Positions 15,601 to 25,658 are shown, counted from the stretch's first letter. The stretch: DNA of 64,000 bases from Ardenticatenaceae bacterium (GCA_020634435.1 JACKBS010000006.1:527136-591135), one strand, 5' to 3'. Program-made: numbers and translations. Notes: generated from the letters alone by a model not told the origin.

Positions 15601-18303
15601 ATGGCTCAACGCATGACGTTCACCACATTTGGCCGGTACGAAATCAAAAATATGCTGGGTCAGGGAGGAATGGCTGAAGTTTATACAGCCTACGACCCGG
15701 TAATGGAACGCTTGGTCGCACTTAAAATCATCCGTAAAAAGTTTTCAGAGGATCCGCGCTTTAAGGAACGGTTTTGGCGTGAAGCGAAAACGATTGCCCG
15801 GTTGGAGCATCGGGCCATTGTGCCAGTCCATGATTTTGGCGAAGACGAGGTAACCGGGCAGTTGTACCTGGTGATGCGTCTGATGCCGGATGTGCTGCAT
15901 GAGTGGCTGAAGCGCAATAAGCTAATTCCATTGGAGGATGTTAGCCTGATCTTGAATCGTCTGGCTACGGCTTTAACGTATGCACATAGTCAAGGCACGA
16001 TACATCGCGATATCAAGCCTGCGAATATTTTGCTGGACGAAGAAGGGACTGTTTTCCTGGCTGATTTTGGTCTAGCTGCGCCGCTAGACAGCATTGAATT
16101 AGGACAGGTTCCCTCGGCCTATGGTGGATCGCCATTTTATATGGCCCCAGAACAGTGGAAAGAAGAAAAGGTTGGGGTACCAACGGATATTTATCAGCTT
16201 GGGGTCACGTTGTTTGAGATGTTAACTGGGGAACGGCCGTTTCCCGCTGCCGATATGCAGGTTCTTTTAGAGAGCCATGTACATCGACCGCTCCCGGAGG
16301 CGTCTGATATTAACCCCCGGTTACCCCGCAAAATCCAGCCAATTCTGGCAAAAGCGATGGCCAAAAATCCGTTGGATCGTTACGCTACGCCGCTGGATTT
16401 GGCTGAAGCCGTTGCCAGGCTGCTGCGCCCAGAAAAGATCAAAAATCGCTATGAAATTAAGGAAGAGCTCCAGCATGGCAGTCTAGCGGTGGTGTATCTG
16501 GCGCGCGATTTGTTTGAAGATCGCGATGTGGCCTTAAAAATTATGAAACACCGGCTGATCTGCAATCTGGCATACCGGCGTCATTTTCAGCAAGAAAAGC
16601 AGGTGATTACCAGCATTCAGCATACGGCCGTTGTCCCTGTTTACGATGTGGATTTACACAATGGACAGCCCTATCTGGCGATGCGGTTTATGGAGGGTGC
16701 CTCGCTTCGCGAGCGGTTGCGCAAGGAGCGGATGATTTCGGTTGATGCTGTTTGCCAATTGGGAGAGCGTCTGGCCCAAGCGCTGGATGCCATGCACCGG
16801 AGCGATTACATTCATGGCAACGTGAACCCGGGCAACGTGCTGTTGGATACGGTGGGCAACGGGTATCTGGCAGATTTTCATGTGAACCGGTTGGCTGAGC
16901 TAACTGAGGTAGTGGTAGACCAGGCAGAGCCATTAGGCCATTTGCCGTACCTGGCGCCAGAGCAATGGCAAGGTGAACCAGCCTCGCCACAAACGGACAT
17001 TTACCAGTTTAGTGTCATGATGTTTGAATTGCTCACGCGGCACCGACCATTCCCAGAAACGGCCGTTGCTGAATTGCAAGCTAGCATAGAAAACCAGCCG
17101 GCTCCACCTATTACTTCTATCAACTCGGCGTTACCGCCAACGTTTGATGCCATTTTTGCCACGGCTCTGGCTAAGCTGCCTGAAGATCGCTTTGCGAAGG
17201 CCAGTGAATTGGTCTCTCGCTTGAATCAGGCGCGTGAAAGTCATGCGTTTGAAACGCTGCGCCAGCACGGGGATGATAGTTACAAGGAGAAGCAGTGGCG
17301 CGAAGCGATTGCCTCTTACACGCAGGCGCTGGAAATACGGCCGTATGATTCGGCCGTACGGGCTTCTTTAGAGCGGGCGGGGCGGCGTAAAACGGAATCA
17401 GGCATATTTCACCGCAGCCGGGTGGCTATTGATGAGGAACGATGGGAGGATGCCACCCATTTTTTGCTGCAAGTGCCACCCTCGTCTGAGCGGGAAGATT
17501 TGCTGGAGTATGTTGAGCAAAAGAAGCAGGTTGAGCAGCTTTATGCTGAAGGTCAAGCGGCGCTGGCACAGGAAAAGTGGGTGGTGGCACAACAGTTGCT
17601 AGAAGAGACTGATCGGCTAGAGCCTAACTACAAAGATGTGCATCGGTTGTTGGGCCAGCTGGCGGAAAAAGTAGATGTAGTGCTGCGGCAGGTGCGACAG
17701 GCTATCGAGCAGGCGCATTGGTCTGAAGCGATCGCTTTGTTGCAAACGGTGGAGGGCCACGAAACGGCCGTTGCGCTCCGTCAGGAAATCGCTTCTTTAC
17801 AGAAAAAACAGCGGCAGCTATGGTGGCTGGCCTGGTCACGCGGAAAATCAACTGCCCTGGCTACATTCCTCCTGATCGCGAGTATTGCGACTGTATTTCT
17901 TTTGCTTTCTCCAGAAGTGAGAGGCACGGGATTGTCAGAGGTAGAAAAATTAGATTGCTTGGAAACGGCCGTGCCACCCTTGCAGCTGGTTTCTGGCGAT
18001 GAAGTGAATGAGACTGTTAAGCCCGATGCTTATAAAGCTGTCCGCGGTGGTCCACAAGCGCTCAATTTGTCATTGAATTGGACAGAGGACGCCATACGAT
18101 CAGAATGTCAGGAGTTTGTCGCATCTGATCCCGGTATTCAGATTACCTGGTCGGCTGAATCTGGAGGGTTTTTGGTGGATGGTCAGTGGACGGCCGTGTA
18201 TCAAAAGTTAGATTCGTCGGTTAGCGAGGATACCATTGTTGTTCGCTTGTGGTATGGCGATCAGCAGTTTCTCTACGAGTATCACTTAAGCTTTACGCCA
18301 TAG
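15601..18303 (+). CDS. tandem Ser/Thr kinase + pseudokinase membrane protein with helical-repeat region, one TM helix and extracytoplasmic C-terminal domain
   Basis: Domain 1: GQGGMAEVY, VALKII, IHRDIKPANILL, ADFGLA, SPFYMAPEQ. Domain 2: LQHGSLAVVY, VALKIM, IHGNVNPGNVLL (HRD lost), ADFHV (DFG lost), LPYLAPEQ. TM ALATFLLIASIATVFLLL at about nt 17850-17910. Confidence 0.85.
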   Translation: MAQRMTFTTFGRYEIKNMLGQGGMAEVYTAYDPVMERLVALKIIRKKFSEDPRFKERFWREAKTIARLEHRAIVPVHDFGEDEVTGQLYLVMRLMPDVLHEWLKRNKLIPLEDVSLILNRLATALTYAHSQGTIHRDIKPANILLDEEGTVFLADFGLAAPLDSIELGQVPSAYGGSPFYMAPEQWKEEKVGVPTDIYQLGVTLFEMLTGERPFPAADMQVLLESHVHRPLPEASDINPRLPRKIQPILAKAMAKNPLDRYATPLDLAEAVARLLRPEKIKNRYEIKEELQHGSLAVVYLARDLFEDRDVALKIMKHRLICNLAYRRHFQQEKQVITSIQHTAVVPVYDVDLHNGQPYLAMRFMEGASLRERLRKERMISVDAVCQLGERLAQALDAMHRSDYIHGNVNPGNVLLDTVGNGYLADFHVNRLAELTEVVVDQAEPLGHLPYLAPEQWQGEPASPQTDIYQFSVMMFELLTRHRPFPETAVAELQASIENQPAPPITSINSALPPTFDAIFATALAKLPEDRFAKASELVSRLNQARESHAFETLRQHGDDSYKEKQWREAIASYTQALEIRPYDSAVRASLERAGRRKTESGIFHRSRVAIDEERWEDATHFLLQVPPSSEREDLLEYVEQKKQVEQLYAEGQAALAQEKWVVAQQLLEETDRLEPNYKDVHRLLGQLAEKVDVVLRQVRQAIEQAHWSEAIALLQTVEGHETAVALRQEIASLQKKQRQLWWLAWSRGKSTALATFLLIASIATVFLLLSPEVRGTGLSEVEKLDCLETAVPPLQLVSGDEVNETVKPDAYKAVRGGPQALNLSLNWTEDAIRSECQEFVASDPGIQITWSAESGGFLVDGQWTAVYQKLDSSVSEDTIVVRLWYGDQQFLYEYHLSFTP

Positions 18304-18330
18304 CGGAAAAACCTCATAGGGAATATAAAC

Positions 18331-19350
18331 ATGAACCAAAAGAAGCTTGCAGTTTGGATGACCGTGATTCTCCTGATCACTGCCTGTGCTCGTGGTGTTG
18401 CGCCAGATGTTGTTTCGCGCAGTCAAATCTCGCCCAACTTTAGCTGCCCTGAATCCGTGACTATACAAGGAAATACAAGCCTCAGCCCTGGCGAAACGGT
18501 TTCGCTGGCTGTGAGGCCCACAAGCTTTGGCTGGCACTATCAATGGACAGCACCCGACATGAGCCTGTTGAGTGCGCCGCAAAATAGCATTACGGAATTT
18601 ACCGCGCCTAAATCAGCGCAAGTAATTGTGTTATCTGTGGTGGTTACGCCAGATCAAGGATGCGCCGCTGTTACGGACTCGATACAAATTACAGTGAGCA
18701 GCCCGCCCACCTTCACGCCAATGGCAACGGATACGGCCCAGCCTACGAATACGCCCACTTTAACGGCTGCTCCCACGGACGCCCCAACGGTTGAATTACC
18801 CGCCACCAACACCGTGGCTCCGACGGTTGCCTTGACCAATACACCGTTTTACACACCAATGCCCTCACAAACACCCTCACCAACGGTTCCCTCCTTTGGC
18901 ATTTTGCTCAAGGAACCCAAGGATGAGACCTGTGTTGGTTCCGAGAATGCTGTCTTTGAATGGTTGGCCACACGGCCGTTGAACAGTATTGAGGGCGTCA
19001 ATGGCGAATATTTTGCTCTAAACATCTGGGCTGAAGGCTCACCTGGCTATAGTGTAAGCTGGATCAAAAATCCTAGATATGAGATTGAGAACATTTCTGA
19101 TCCTATAGCCGTTTACACACAGCTAGTGAACTGTAGCGGAGAAAAAGGTTGTTATTGGAACGTTGATTTAATCGTTTCAAAAGTGGAGAGAGGCAGCGGG
19201 CATCTCCCTGAAAGTTTTACTACACTTTATTCCAGCCCGGCACGTTGGTTTTGTACAGAGGTAGCACCTCGACCTATTCCACCAACTAACACACCAGAAC
19301 CTGTTGCTACTCCTTGTAATCTTCCTCCCCCTCAAGAGTGTGGTGGGTGA
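18331..19350 (+). CDS. hypothetical lipoprotein with PT-rich linker
   Basis: MNQKKLAVWMTVILLITAC lipobox. Central PPTFTPMATDTAQPTNTPTLTAAPTDAPT linker. Two flanking beta-rich domains without recognisable motifs. Confidence 0.55.
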   Translation: MNQKKLAVWMTVILLITACARGVAPDVVSRSQISPNFSCPESVTIQGNTSLSPGETVSLAVRPTSFGWHYQWTAPDMSLLSAPQNSITEFTAPKSAQVIVLSVVVTPDQGCAAVTDSIQITVSSPPTFTPMATDTAQPTNTPTLTAAPTDAPTVELPATNTVAPTVALTNTPFYTPMPSQTPSPTVPSFGILLKEPKDETCVGSENAVFEWLATRPLNSIEGVNGEYFALNIWAEGSPGYSVSWIKNPRYEIENISDPIAVYTQLVNCSGEKGCYWNVDLIVSKVERGSGHLPESFTTLYSSPARWFCTEVAPRPIPPTNTPEPVATPCNLPPPQECGG

Positions 19351-19405
19351 CGTGAGAAGAGGGTTAGATCCAAGCAAAGGGACATTGGATTTAATGGAAA
19401 TCTTC

Positions 19406-21094
19406 ATGAAAAAGTTGTTTTCCATAGTAACTCCAATAATAGTGCCAATCATATTTCTAGTGACTTTAACAAAAACGTTATTGGTTGTATTAGCATTGCC
19501 ACGGCAAAGCGCGGTGGGTGCGCCTACACTGATTTGGGAGCCTACGTCGCCTTTGAAACAACCTGTAAATTACTCTTCGGCTCAAGTGGTAAAAATTGGA
19601 GCTAAAGAGTTTATATATGTGATCGGTGGCAAAACCCCTCTAGATTCAACAAATGATGTCTTGATTGCTGAAGTTTTAAATAATGGGACCCTCTCTGAGT
19701 GGCAACCGACTGCATCGTTGCCACTCTCTGAAGACTCTGGAATTGAATCACTCAAAACAGCTTCAATAGGGGAACAATTATATGTAATTGGAGGGTTGGT
19801 AAACGGTAAAGATACAAATAGTGTTTATTGTGCAAATCCGTTAACTGATGGAAACATATCGTCTTGGGTAACTCTAACTAACAACACGTTAACGCCAAGG
19901 ATCAATCATGCTGCGGTCACTGTGGGTAACAAAATATATGTGATTGGGGGATGGGTTTCAGGTGCAGCAACGAATACTGTTTATTCTGCTTATGTTGAAC
20001 CTAAATGTGGGTCTATTACATGGGAAGAAGAAAACCCAATGTTAGAATCATTGGCCAACATGTCAGCAGTTTTTGTCCCTTTAAGCGAACAAAAGGGAAT
20101 AATCTATGTGTTTGGCGGGTGGAGCACCTCTCCTAGTGATTCTACCTATTACGCTTATGTGGACTTGCTCTCAGATGGATCTCAAAAATTGGGAGAATGG
20201 CACCAAAGTGCTTTTTCTTTGACTCAGCCACTTTACTTCCATTCTGTAGTTTTAATACAAAACGCTCTTTTTGTTTTTGGTGGATACGTTGAGACTAGTT
20301 CCGGAGATTACACTGCTACAAGAAAAATTTATCGGATATTGCTCGATGATAACGGAAGTTTGTTTTCATCCAATGAACTAACATCATTACAGTTTGATGT
20401 ATTTGGTCACACATCTGTCGTTGCGGGTAATCAACAGGCTTATATTATTGGTGGAGAAAGATCTAACTTTAGCGATGACTTAGTGCATGATCAAAGACCT
20501 GTTTTTTATACACCGTTTGCCTGGCTAACTAAGTTCAACTTGCCATCTGGAAAAGTTTCTGCAGGTGATCAAATTACATATACCCTTTACTATACGAGCA
20601 ATGGTTTACGGCCGTTAACCAATCTGATCATCACCGATGAAATACCCGCCAATACAATCCTGATTCGCCCGGAATATTCTCCAAGTACCAGCATTCTTAC
20701 ATGGACAGTACCTTCGCTTGGTCTGAACGAATCTGGAAGTGTTTCCTTTACTGTGCAAGTTAGGCCACCATTAACGGCCGTTCCTCCCAGTCTTTCCACC
20801 TCAACTTCGACTCCAACGATTCCTAGCATAGATTCTGGCTTGACTTGCTCGACTGGTTGGTCGGGCGGTGGCGGGACACCAAGACCTACTTGTACACCAA
20901 CTGCTACACCAATTCCTGTGGAAACAACGCCAGCTCCCACCGCAACGCCAAGGCCGTCAACAACCAGAATTTTTGGTTTGACGCCCATACCAGTTATTAA
21001 TCAGGCCTGGATGTGTGAGGCTAACTGGTGTATCCAAAGCAATCCAGTGTTTAATGCGCCTTACCATTTTTATCTCCCCCTAGTTGTCCGATAA
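19406..21094 (+). CDS. secreted Kelch-repeat beta-propeller protein with DUF11-like repeat domain and PT-rich tail
   Basis: Six blades marked by YVIGG/YVFGG/FVFGG/YIIGG. Then GDQITYTLYYTSNG...ITDEIP...SGSVSFTVQV (DUF11-like). ATG 19406 gives an MKKLFSIVTPIIVPIIFLV signal/TM. AT-rich relative to flanks. Confidence 0.65.
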   Translation: MKKLFSIVTPIIVPIIFLVTLTKTLLVVLALPRQSAVGAPTLIWEPTSPLKQPVNYSSAQVVKIGAKEFIYVIGGKTPLDSTNDVLIAEVLNNGTLSEWQPTASLPLSEDSGIESLKTASIGEQLYVIGGLVNGKDTNSVYCANPLTDGNISSWVTLTNNTLTPRINHAAVTVGNKIYVIGGWVSGAATNTVYSAYVEPKCGSITWEEENPMLESLANMSAVFVPLSEQKGIIYVFGGWSTSPSDSTYYAYVDLLSDGSQKLGEWHQSAFSLTQPLYFHSVVLIQNALFVFGGYVETSSGDYTATRKIYRILLDDNGSLFSSNELTSLQFDVFGHTSVVAGNQQAYIIGGERSNFSDDLVHDQRPVFYTPFAWLTKFNLPSGKVSAGDQITYTLYYTSNGLRPLTNLIITDEIPANTILIRPEYSPSTSILTWTVPSLGLNESGSVSFTVQVRPPLTAVPPSLSTSTSTPTIPSIDSGLTCSTGWSGGGGTPRPTCTPTATPIPVETTPAPTATPRPSTTRIFGLTPIPVINQAWMCEANWCIQSNPVFNAPYHFYLPLVVR

Positions 21095-21121
21095 AAAAGG
21101 AGGTGCTTTCGCACCCCCTTT
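21093..21121. terminator. bidirectional terminator hairpin
   Basis: AAAAAAGGAGGTGC-tttc-GCACCCCCTTT between convergent stops 21094 and 21140. Confidence 0.6.
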
Positions 21122-21139
21122 CATCATCATTTTGTCTAA

Positions 21140-23155
21140 CTACCGATTCGCGTAGGTGTTCATGTTGGCGTTGCGACTGTGATCCTGCGTTTGGGCAGGG
21201 TCGCGCATGCCGCTGGTGTGACACCAGCCGGTCTTGTGCCCCAAGTTGTTGGCTCCGCTCAATTGGCCAGCCCATTTTTCAATCACACCGTCATCTGGGT
21301 CACTCAAGAAGAGGTCCGTGGCGATGTTGCAATAGTCGTAGCGGTACCAGACGTCCTTGAAGGAGGTGGTGTGGTAGTAAACCCGGCTGCGTGCCCAGCT
21401 GGGAATGCCAGACAGCCACAGCGCGGCACCGTCATAACTGAGGTCCCAATTGGTGCCGCAGCCTGCGCCAAAGAGCTGGCCCAGCAGAGCAAGATTACCG
21501 GCAAGCGCCGTTCCTTGGTATGGCGTGCCTACCGATTGGATCAGGCGGCTGCCGGAGGAATAATCCAGGCCGCTCCAGTAGTAGGTGTATAGGTGTAGGG
21601 AGGCAGCGCCGCCCTGACTGTGGGCGACAATACCAAACGAGGGGAACTGGCTGCCATAATTGAGAATCAAGTTGGCAAATTGGTCGTGGGTGCGGTTTTG
21701 GTTGTAATCCTGGAAGGTGACATCGTTGGTGAAGTCGCCAGTGGGCCAGACGCCGCCTGAGCAGTAGCCATGCACCAACATGAGCACCCCCCCAGGCGCG
21801 TTGGGTGCTGGTGCATTAGCGGCAACGGCCGTTGGCCGCTCACCCATCAACATTTCTTCCGTAACCTCGGTAACGGCCGTTTCCGCCACCCCTCTGCTCA
21901 CCGTTTCTGGAATGTTTACCGTCACGCTGTCTAGCGAGGCGAGCGGAATGTGCGTCTGCACATCCTGCACGCGAACGTTGCGTAGTTCAAATGGCGCTGT
22001 CGCATTGGCCAATGAAATCCAACGGCCGTCTACATTTACCGGTACCCCATCAGCCGTCGGGGCAACCAGGCCGCCTACCCAGGTGACTGGAATCATTTGC
22101 CCGTTGGCGTCGGTACCCCACAGTTCGGCGTAGAGCTGCACTTGAGCTAAATCGGCCGTAGTCGTGGCGCTCAGGTTCATGTTTAAGCGATTAAGGCCAT
22201 CGGCCGAGGCGGTGACTGCCCCGCCATTGAGGGCAATTGTCTGGTCAACGACCGGGAAAATATGCTCTGTCGTGCGCAATACCGGAGCGCCCTCTGGCGT
22301 CTGGCCACGCATCGTTACCTGGGCGGTGTACTGCCCGGCCACACGCGGGGTCACCAGGGCACCAAAAACGCCATCGTTGGCGGCGCCATCATTGTGACGG
22401 CCGTCGTCAAACATGATCAGGCGTTGTTCCCGGCCATCGGGGGCAATAAGCCGCATCTGGGCCCGACGAATGATGTTGGTCGCTGCCGCCGGGGCAGTTG
22501 CGCCACTGTCTTGGGTGGCGTCGTAGGCGTAGGCCAGCAACCCAACCTGGCTGCCCGTCCACAAGTTGTAACTGCTGAGGTGGGCGTAAATCTGGTATGG
22601 GCTGTCATTGGAGAGCAGAAGGTAGCCGCTGGGGCCGTCGGTGGTGCTGGGGGTTACGGCCGTACGCACCGTTACCTGCCAATCACCCTGCGCCGGACGG
22701 GCGAAGGTGTAAATGTCGCCGGAGAATGATTGTTGCTCCAGGCCAATTTGCCCGGCGCGCTGCACCACGCCTGCCTGGTCGATGCCCTGACCGAGGCGCA
22801 TCGACTGGCCTACCGGGGACATGACCGTCAGTTCCCAATTGGCCGCATCGGGGCTGAGCACCATAAACGACATCTCGCTGCTGCTGTCTACCAGCAGGGA
22901 ATCTTGCCATTGCCAGCTGCCATCGGCGGCTTTGCTGAAGGTGACGGGAATCATGGCGGTGCGGGAGCGGACCCCCATTTCGGCCGGGTTGGGCAGTTGG
23001 GAACGGCCGTCTAACACGTCACTCCCTGGTCCAGCCACTTGCTTGGTAAACACCTGAGCCGGTTCGTCCGCCGCGGAGGGTGCGGCCAACCCGCCTGTCG
23101 CCAGGAACAGGGCGGCTAGCAAAGCCATCAAGATTGCCAATCGTCGCTTTTGCAT
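21140..23155 (-). CDS. secreted multidomain protein with C-terminal lipase-like alpha/beta hydrolase
   Basis: Signal MQKRRLAILMALLAALFLATGGLAAPSAA. DDGRHNDGAANDGVFG motif. C-terminal LMLVHGY ... IVAHSQGG (GxSxG). SD AAGGAG. Confidence 0.55.
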   Translation of the reverse strand: MQKRRLAILMALLAALFLATGGLAAPSAADEPAQVFTKQVAGPGSDVLDGRSQLPNPAEMGVRSRTAMIPVTFSKAADGSWQWQDSLLVDSSSEMSFMVLSPDAANWELTVMSPVGQSMRLGQGIDQAGVVQRAGQIGLEQQSFSGDIYTFARPAQGDWQVTVRTAVTPSTTDGPSGYLLLSNDSPYQIYAHLSSYNLWTGSQVGLLAYAYDATQDSGATAPAAATNIIRRAQMRLIAPDGREQRLIMFDDGRHNDGAANDGVFGALVTPRVAGQYTAQVTMRGQTPEGAPVLRTTEHIFPVVDQTIALNGGAVTASADGLNRLNMNLSATTTADLAQVQLYAELWGTDANGQMIPVTWVGGLVAPTADGVPVNVDGRWISLANATAPFELRNVRVQDVQTHIPLASLDSVTVNIPETVSRGVAETAVTEVTEEMLMGERPTAVAANAPAPNAPGGVLMLVHGYCSGGVWPTGDFTNDVTFQDYNQNRTHDQFANLILNYGSQFPSFGIVAHSQGGAASLHLYTYYWSGLDYSSGSRLIQSVGTPYQGTALAGNLALLGQLFGAGCGTNWDLSYDGAALWLSGIPSWARSRVYYHTTSFKDVWYRYDYCNIATDLFLSDPDDGVIEKWAGQLSGANNLGHKTGWCHTSGMRDPAQTQDHSRNANMNTYANR

Positions 23156-23243
23156 GTTCAGTTTTACTCCTTCTGTGGGGTTGGTGTAAACCGCACCAAA
23201 TGCATATTTTCTCCTACCTGGCGAGGTTTACTTGATACAAAAT

Positions 23244-23286
23244 AAAACACCAACAATTTAAAAAGTTTTCAAATTGTTGGTGTTTT
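23244..23286 (-). terminator. rho-independent terminator of the Mo-hydroxylase operon
   Basis: Perfect 16-bp arms AAAACACCAACAATTT / AAATTGTTGGTGTTTT, followed by a T-run on the minus strand. Confidence 0.8.
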
Positions 23287-23320
23287 GAGGATGAACCGGG
23301 AAAAGCGTAGCAGATTTTGT

Positions 23321-25564
23321 CTAGCGATGTATGCCAACTTCCTGCAATTTAGCTACAACGCGGTCGGGGGTGAGGGGGATTTCATCGAACCAGACGCCGG
23401 TGGCATCGTGAACGGCCGCGACAATGGCGGGGGCCAGCGGTAAAAAGGGCATCTCGGCCATGCCGCGCGCCCCCCACGGGCCAATTGGGTCCGGCACTTC
23501 CATGATGACCGACTGCACAATCTCCGGCACATCTTTGATGCCGGGGATCAGATACTGGCTGAGGAACGGGTTGAGGATACGGCCGTCTTTCACCTGCAAA
23601 TTTTCCATAATCGCATAGCCATGAGCCTGCACCACCGCCCCTTCAATCTGACCTTCGATGAGCATCGGATTGATTGCCTTGCCCACATCATTGGCGCAAA
23701 CTACTTTGTCCACGCGAATGTGGCCGGTTTCGATGTCCACCGTCACTTCCACCGCTTCGGCCACGTAGCCGTAGGTGAAGTTGGGCATGCAGGCACCAGT
23801 TTCCGTGTCGTACGGCTGGGTGGCGGGGGGCACGTAGCGATAATGGGCAATCGCCGGGCGTTCTTCGTTGGTCCAGGCGGTGAGAGCGGCCTCGGCTGCG
23901 CCGCGAATGGAGTTGCCCGCCATCCACGTCATGCGGGAGGCAGACGTGGAGCCAGAGTTGCCGCTGCTGGCCGTGTCGGACATATCTAGCTCAACTAGGT
24001 CGATATCCACGCCAACGGCCGCTGCCGCCATTTGACGGAAGGCCGTATGCGCTCCCTGGCCCACATCAGCCCCGGCGTGGCGCAGCACCACGCGCTCGAT
24101 TTGCGTTTTGCCGTGCAGTTCAATGATGGCCTCGCACTTTTCCGGCGCACCAAAGGAGAAACCCACGTTCTTAAACGAGCAAGCAATACCGCGCCCTCGG
24201 CGCAGCGCATTTGGATTGCCGGGCAGTGATTGAACGCTGTTAAACGAAGACTGTTCACCGTTCACCGCTAACCGTTCACCGTTCACCGGCCATTTCGCTT
24301 CGGCGGCACACCGTTCCACCACCTCAGCCATGCTGATGCCAGGTGGGGGCGGGGTTTGCACCGTCAGCAAGCTGCCTTCGCGCAGCACGTTTTTTAGGCG
24401 AATCTCGACTGGGCTGAGGCCCAGCGCTTCGGCCAGTTTGTTCATCTGTGTTTCGGCGGCAAAAGCGCCTTGGGGTCCGCCAAACCCGCGGAAGGCACCG
24501 CCGGGCACGTTGTTGGTGGTGATGGCGTAGCTGTCGATATAGGCGTGGGGGATTTCGTACGGGCCGGTGACCATGAGGTGGAAGTTGCCCAGCACTTTGG
24601 GGCTGGTATAGGTGTAGGCTCCGCTGTCCATGTGGACCGTGGCGGAAACGGCCGTAATCTTCCCCTCTTTTGTTGCCCCCCACTTCGTATAAACCGTGGC
24701 CTGGTGCCGCTTGTGGTGGCCCAAAATACTCTCTTCGCGCGTCCAGATGATGCGCACCGGACGGTCAATGCCGCGCTCATGCAGGCACTGGGCGGCCAGG
24801 CCCAGCACAATTTGCAAGGACATATCTTCCTTGCCGCCAAACGCACCGCCGATGGCCGGGTAAATGATGCGGACTTCTTCTTCTGGCAAATCGAGCGAAT
24901 GGGCCACCTGCTCGCGGTCTTCGTGGGCCCACTGTCCGCCAATTTCTACCGTCACGCGTCCTTTGTCGTCGATGTAGCCCACGCCCGCTTCGGGCTGCAA
25001 ATAGGCGTGTTCCTGGAACGGCAAATGGTACGTGCCTTCGATGATGACATCGGCCTCAGCCCAGCCGGTTTCCATGTCGCCTTTGCGAATCTGGAATTTC
25101 TTGAGCATGTTGCTGCCGTGCCAGGGCTGGATGATCACTTCGTCCTTCAGTGCCTCTTCCATGGTGCCGACGATGGGCAGCAATTCCCAGGTAATTTTGA
25201 TGAGGCTGCGGGCTTTGGCAGCGGCCGTTTCCGTCTCGGCAATGATGATGGCCACATGATCCCCTTCCCAGCGGCTAACGTCGGCATGGGGATTGCTGCT
25301 GTTCAGGCCCACCAGCACCGGCTGGTCAGGCACGCCGAGGCCGTAGCCGTTCACCGGCACGTCCTTGGCGGTGAGGATCGCCACCACACCGGGCACCGCT
25401 TCAGCGGCGGAGGTGTCTATCGACAGCATACGGGCATGGGGCTGGTTGCTAAACATGACCTTGCCATGCAGCAAATTTTCTGGCGTGATGTCACCGGGGT
25501 ACAGTGTTTCACCCGTGACTTTGCCGGGGGAGTCTACGCGATAAACAGATTCGGACTTGAGCAT
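23321..25564 (-). CDS. xanthine dehydrogenase-family molybdopterin-binding large subunit
   Basis: 747 aa. a/b-hammerhead N-terminus (GKVTGETLYPGD, AVPGVVAILTAKDVP), GGAFGGKE, FRGFGGPQG, and GQIEGAVVQAHGYAIME blocks typical of the aldehyde oxidase/XDH family. Confidence 0.9.
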   Translation of the reverse strand: MLKSESVYRVDSPGKVTGETLYPGDITPENLLHGKVMFSNQPHARMLSIDTSAAEAVPGVVAILTAKDVPVNGYGLGVPDQPVLVGLNSSNPHADVSRWEGDHVAIIIAETETAAAKARSLIKITWELLPIVGTMEEALKDEVIIQPWHGSNMLKKFQIRKGDMETGWAEADVIIEGTYHLPFQEHAYLQPEAGVGYIDDKGRVTVEIGGQWAHEDREQVAHSLDLPEEEVRIIYPAIGGAFGGKEDMSLQIVLGLAAQCLHERGIDRPVRIIWTREESILGHHKRHQATVYTKWGATKEGKITAVSATVHMDSGAYTYTSPKVLGNFHLMVTGPYEIPHAYIDSYAITTNNVPGGAFRGFGGPQGAFAAETQMNKLAEALGLSPVEIRLKNVLREGSLLTVQTPPPPGISMAEVVERCAAEAKWPVNGERLAVNGEQSSFNSVQSLPGNPNALRRGRGIACSFKNVGFSFGAPEKCEAIIELHGKTQIERVVLRHAGADVGQGAHTAFRQMAAAAVGVDIDLVELDMSDTASSGNSGSTSASRMTWMAGNSIRGAAEAALTAWTNEERPAIAHYRYVPPATQPYDTETGACMPNFTYGYVAEAVEVTVDIETGHIRVDKVVCANDVGKAINPMLIEGQIEGAVVQAHGYAIMENLQVKDGRILNPFLSQYLIPGIKDVPEIVQSVIMEVPDPIGPWGARGMAEMPFLPLAPAIVAAVHDATGVWFDEIPLTPDRVVAKLQEVGIHR
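24254..24288. repeat. 5-unit heptanucleotide array TTCACCG TTCACCG CTAACCG TTCACCG TTCACCG inside the Mo-subunit CDS
   Basis: Encodes PVNGERLAVNGEQ on the minus strand. Same unit family and orientation as 14943-15019. Confidence 0.85.
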
Positions 25565-25592
25565 ACTTTTTCTCGATTTGTGGGTAGTGTTA

Positions 25593-25647
25593 TTTTCCCG
25601 GAAACTTTCTTACGCGTATCCAAACTTGTGGCTTGTTTCCGGGAAAA
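25593..25647 (-). promoter_or_regulatory. intercistronic 13-bp perfect inverted repeat (TTTTCCCGGAAAC / GTTTCCGGGAAAA, 29-nt loop)
   Basis: Lies in the 94-nt gap between the small membrane gene and the Mo-subunit start codon (25564). Confidence 0.45.
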
Positions 25648-25658
25648 ATCTAACAGTC

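Noticed and set aside
18700-18900. Pro/Thr-rich tracts (also 1780-1990, 20790-20990, 34600-34830) considered as DNA repeats
   Set aside because: These are degenerate at the nucleotide level. They are low-complexity inter-domain linkers of secreted proteins, not repeat elements.
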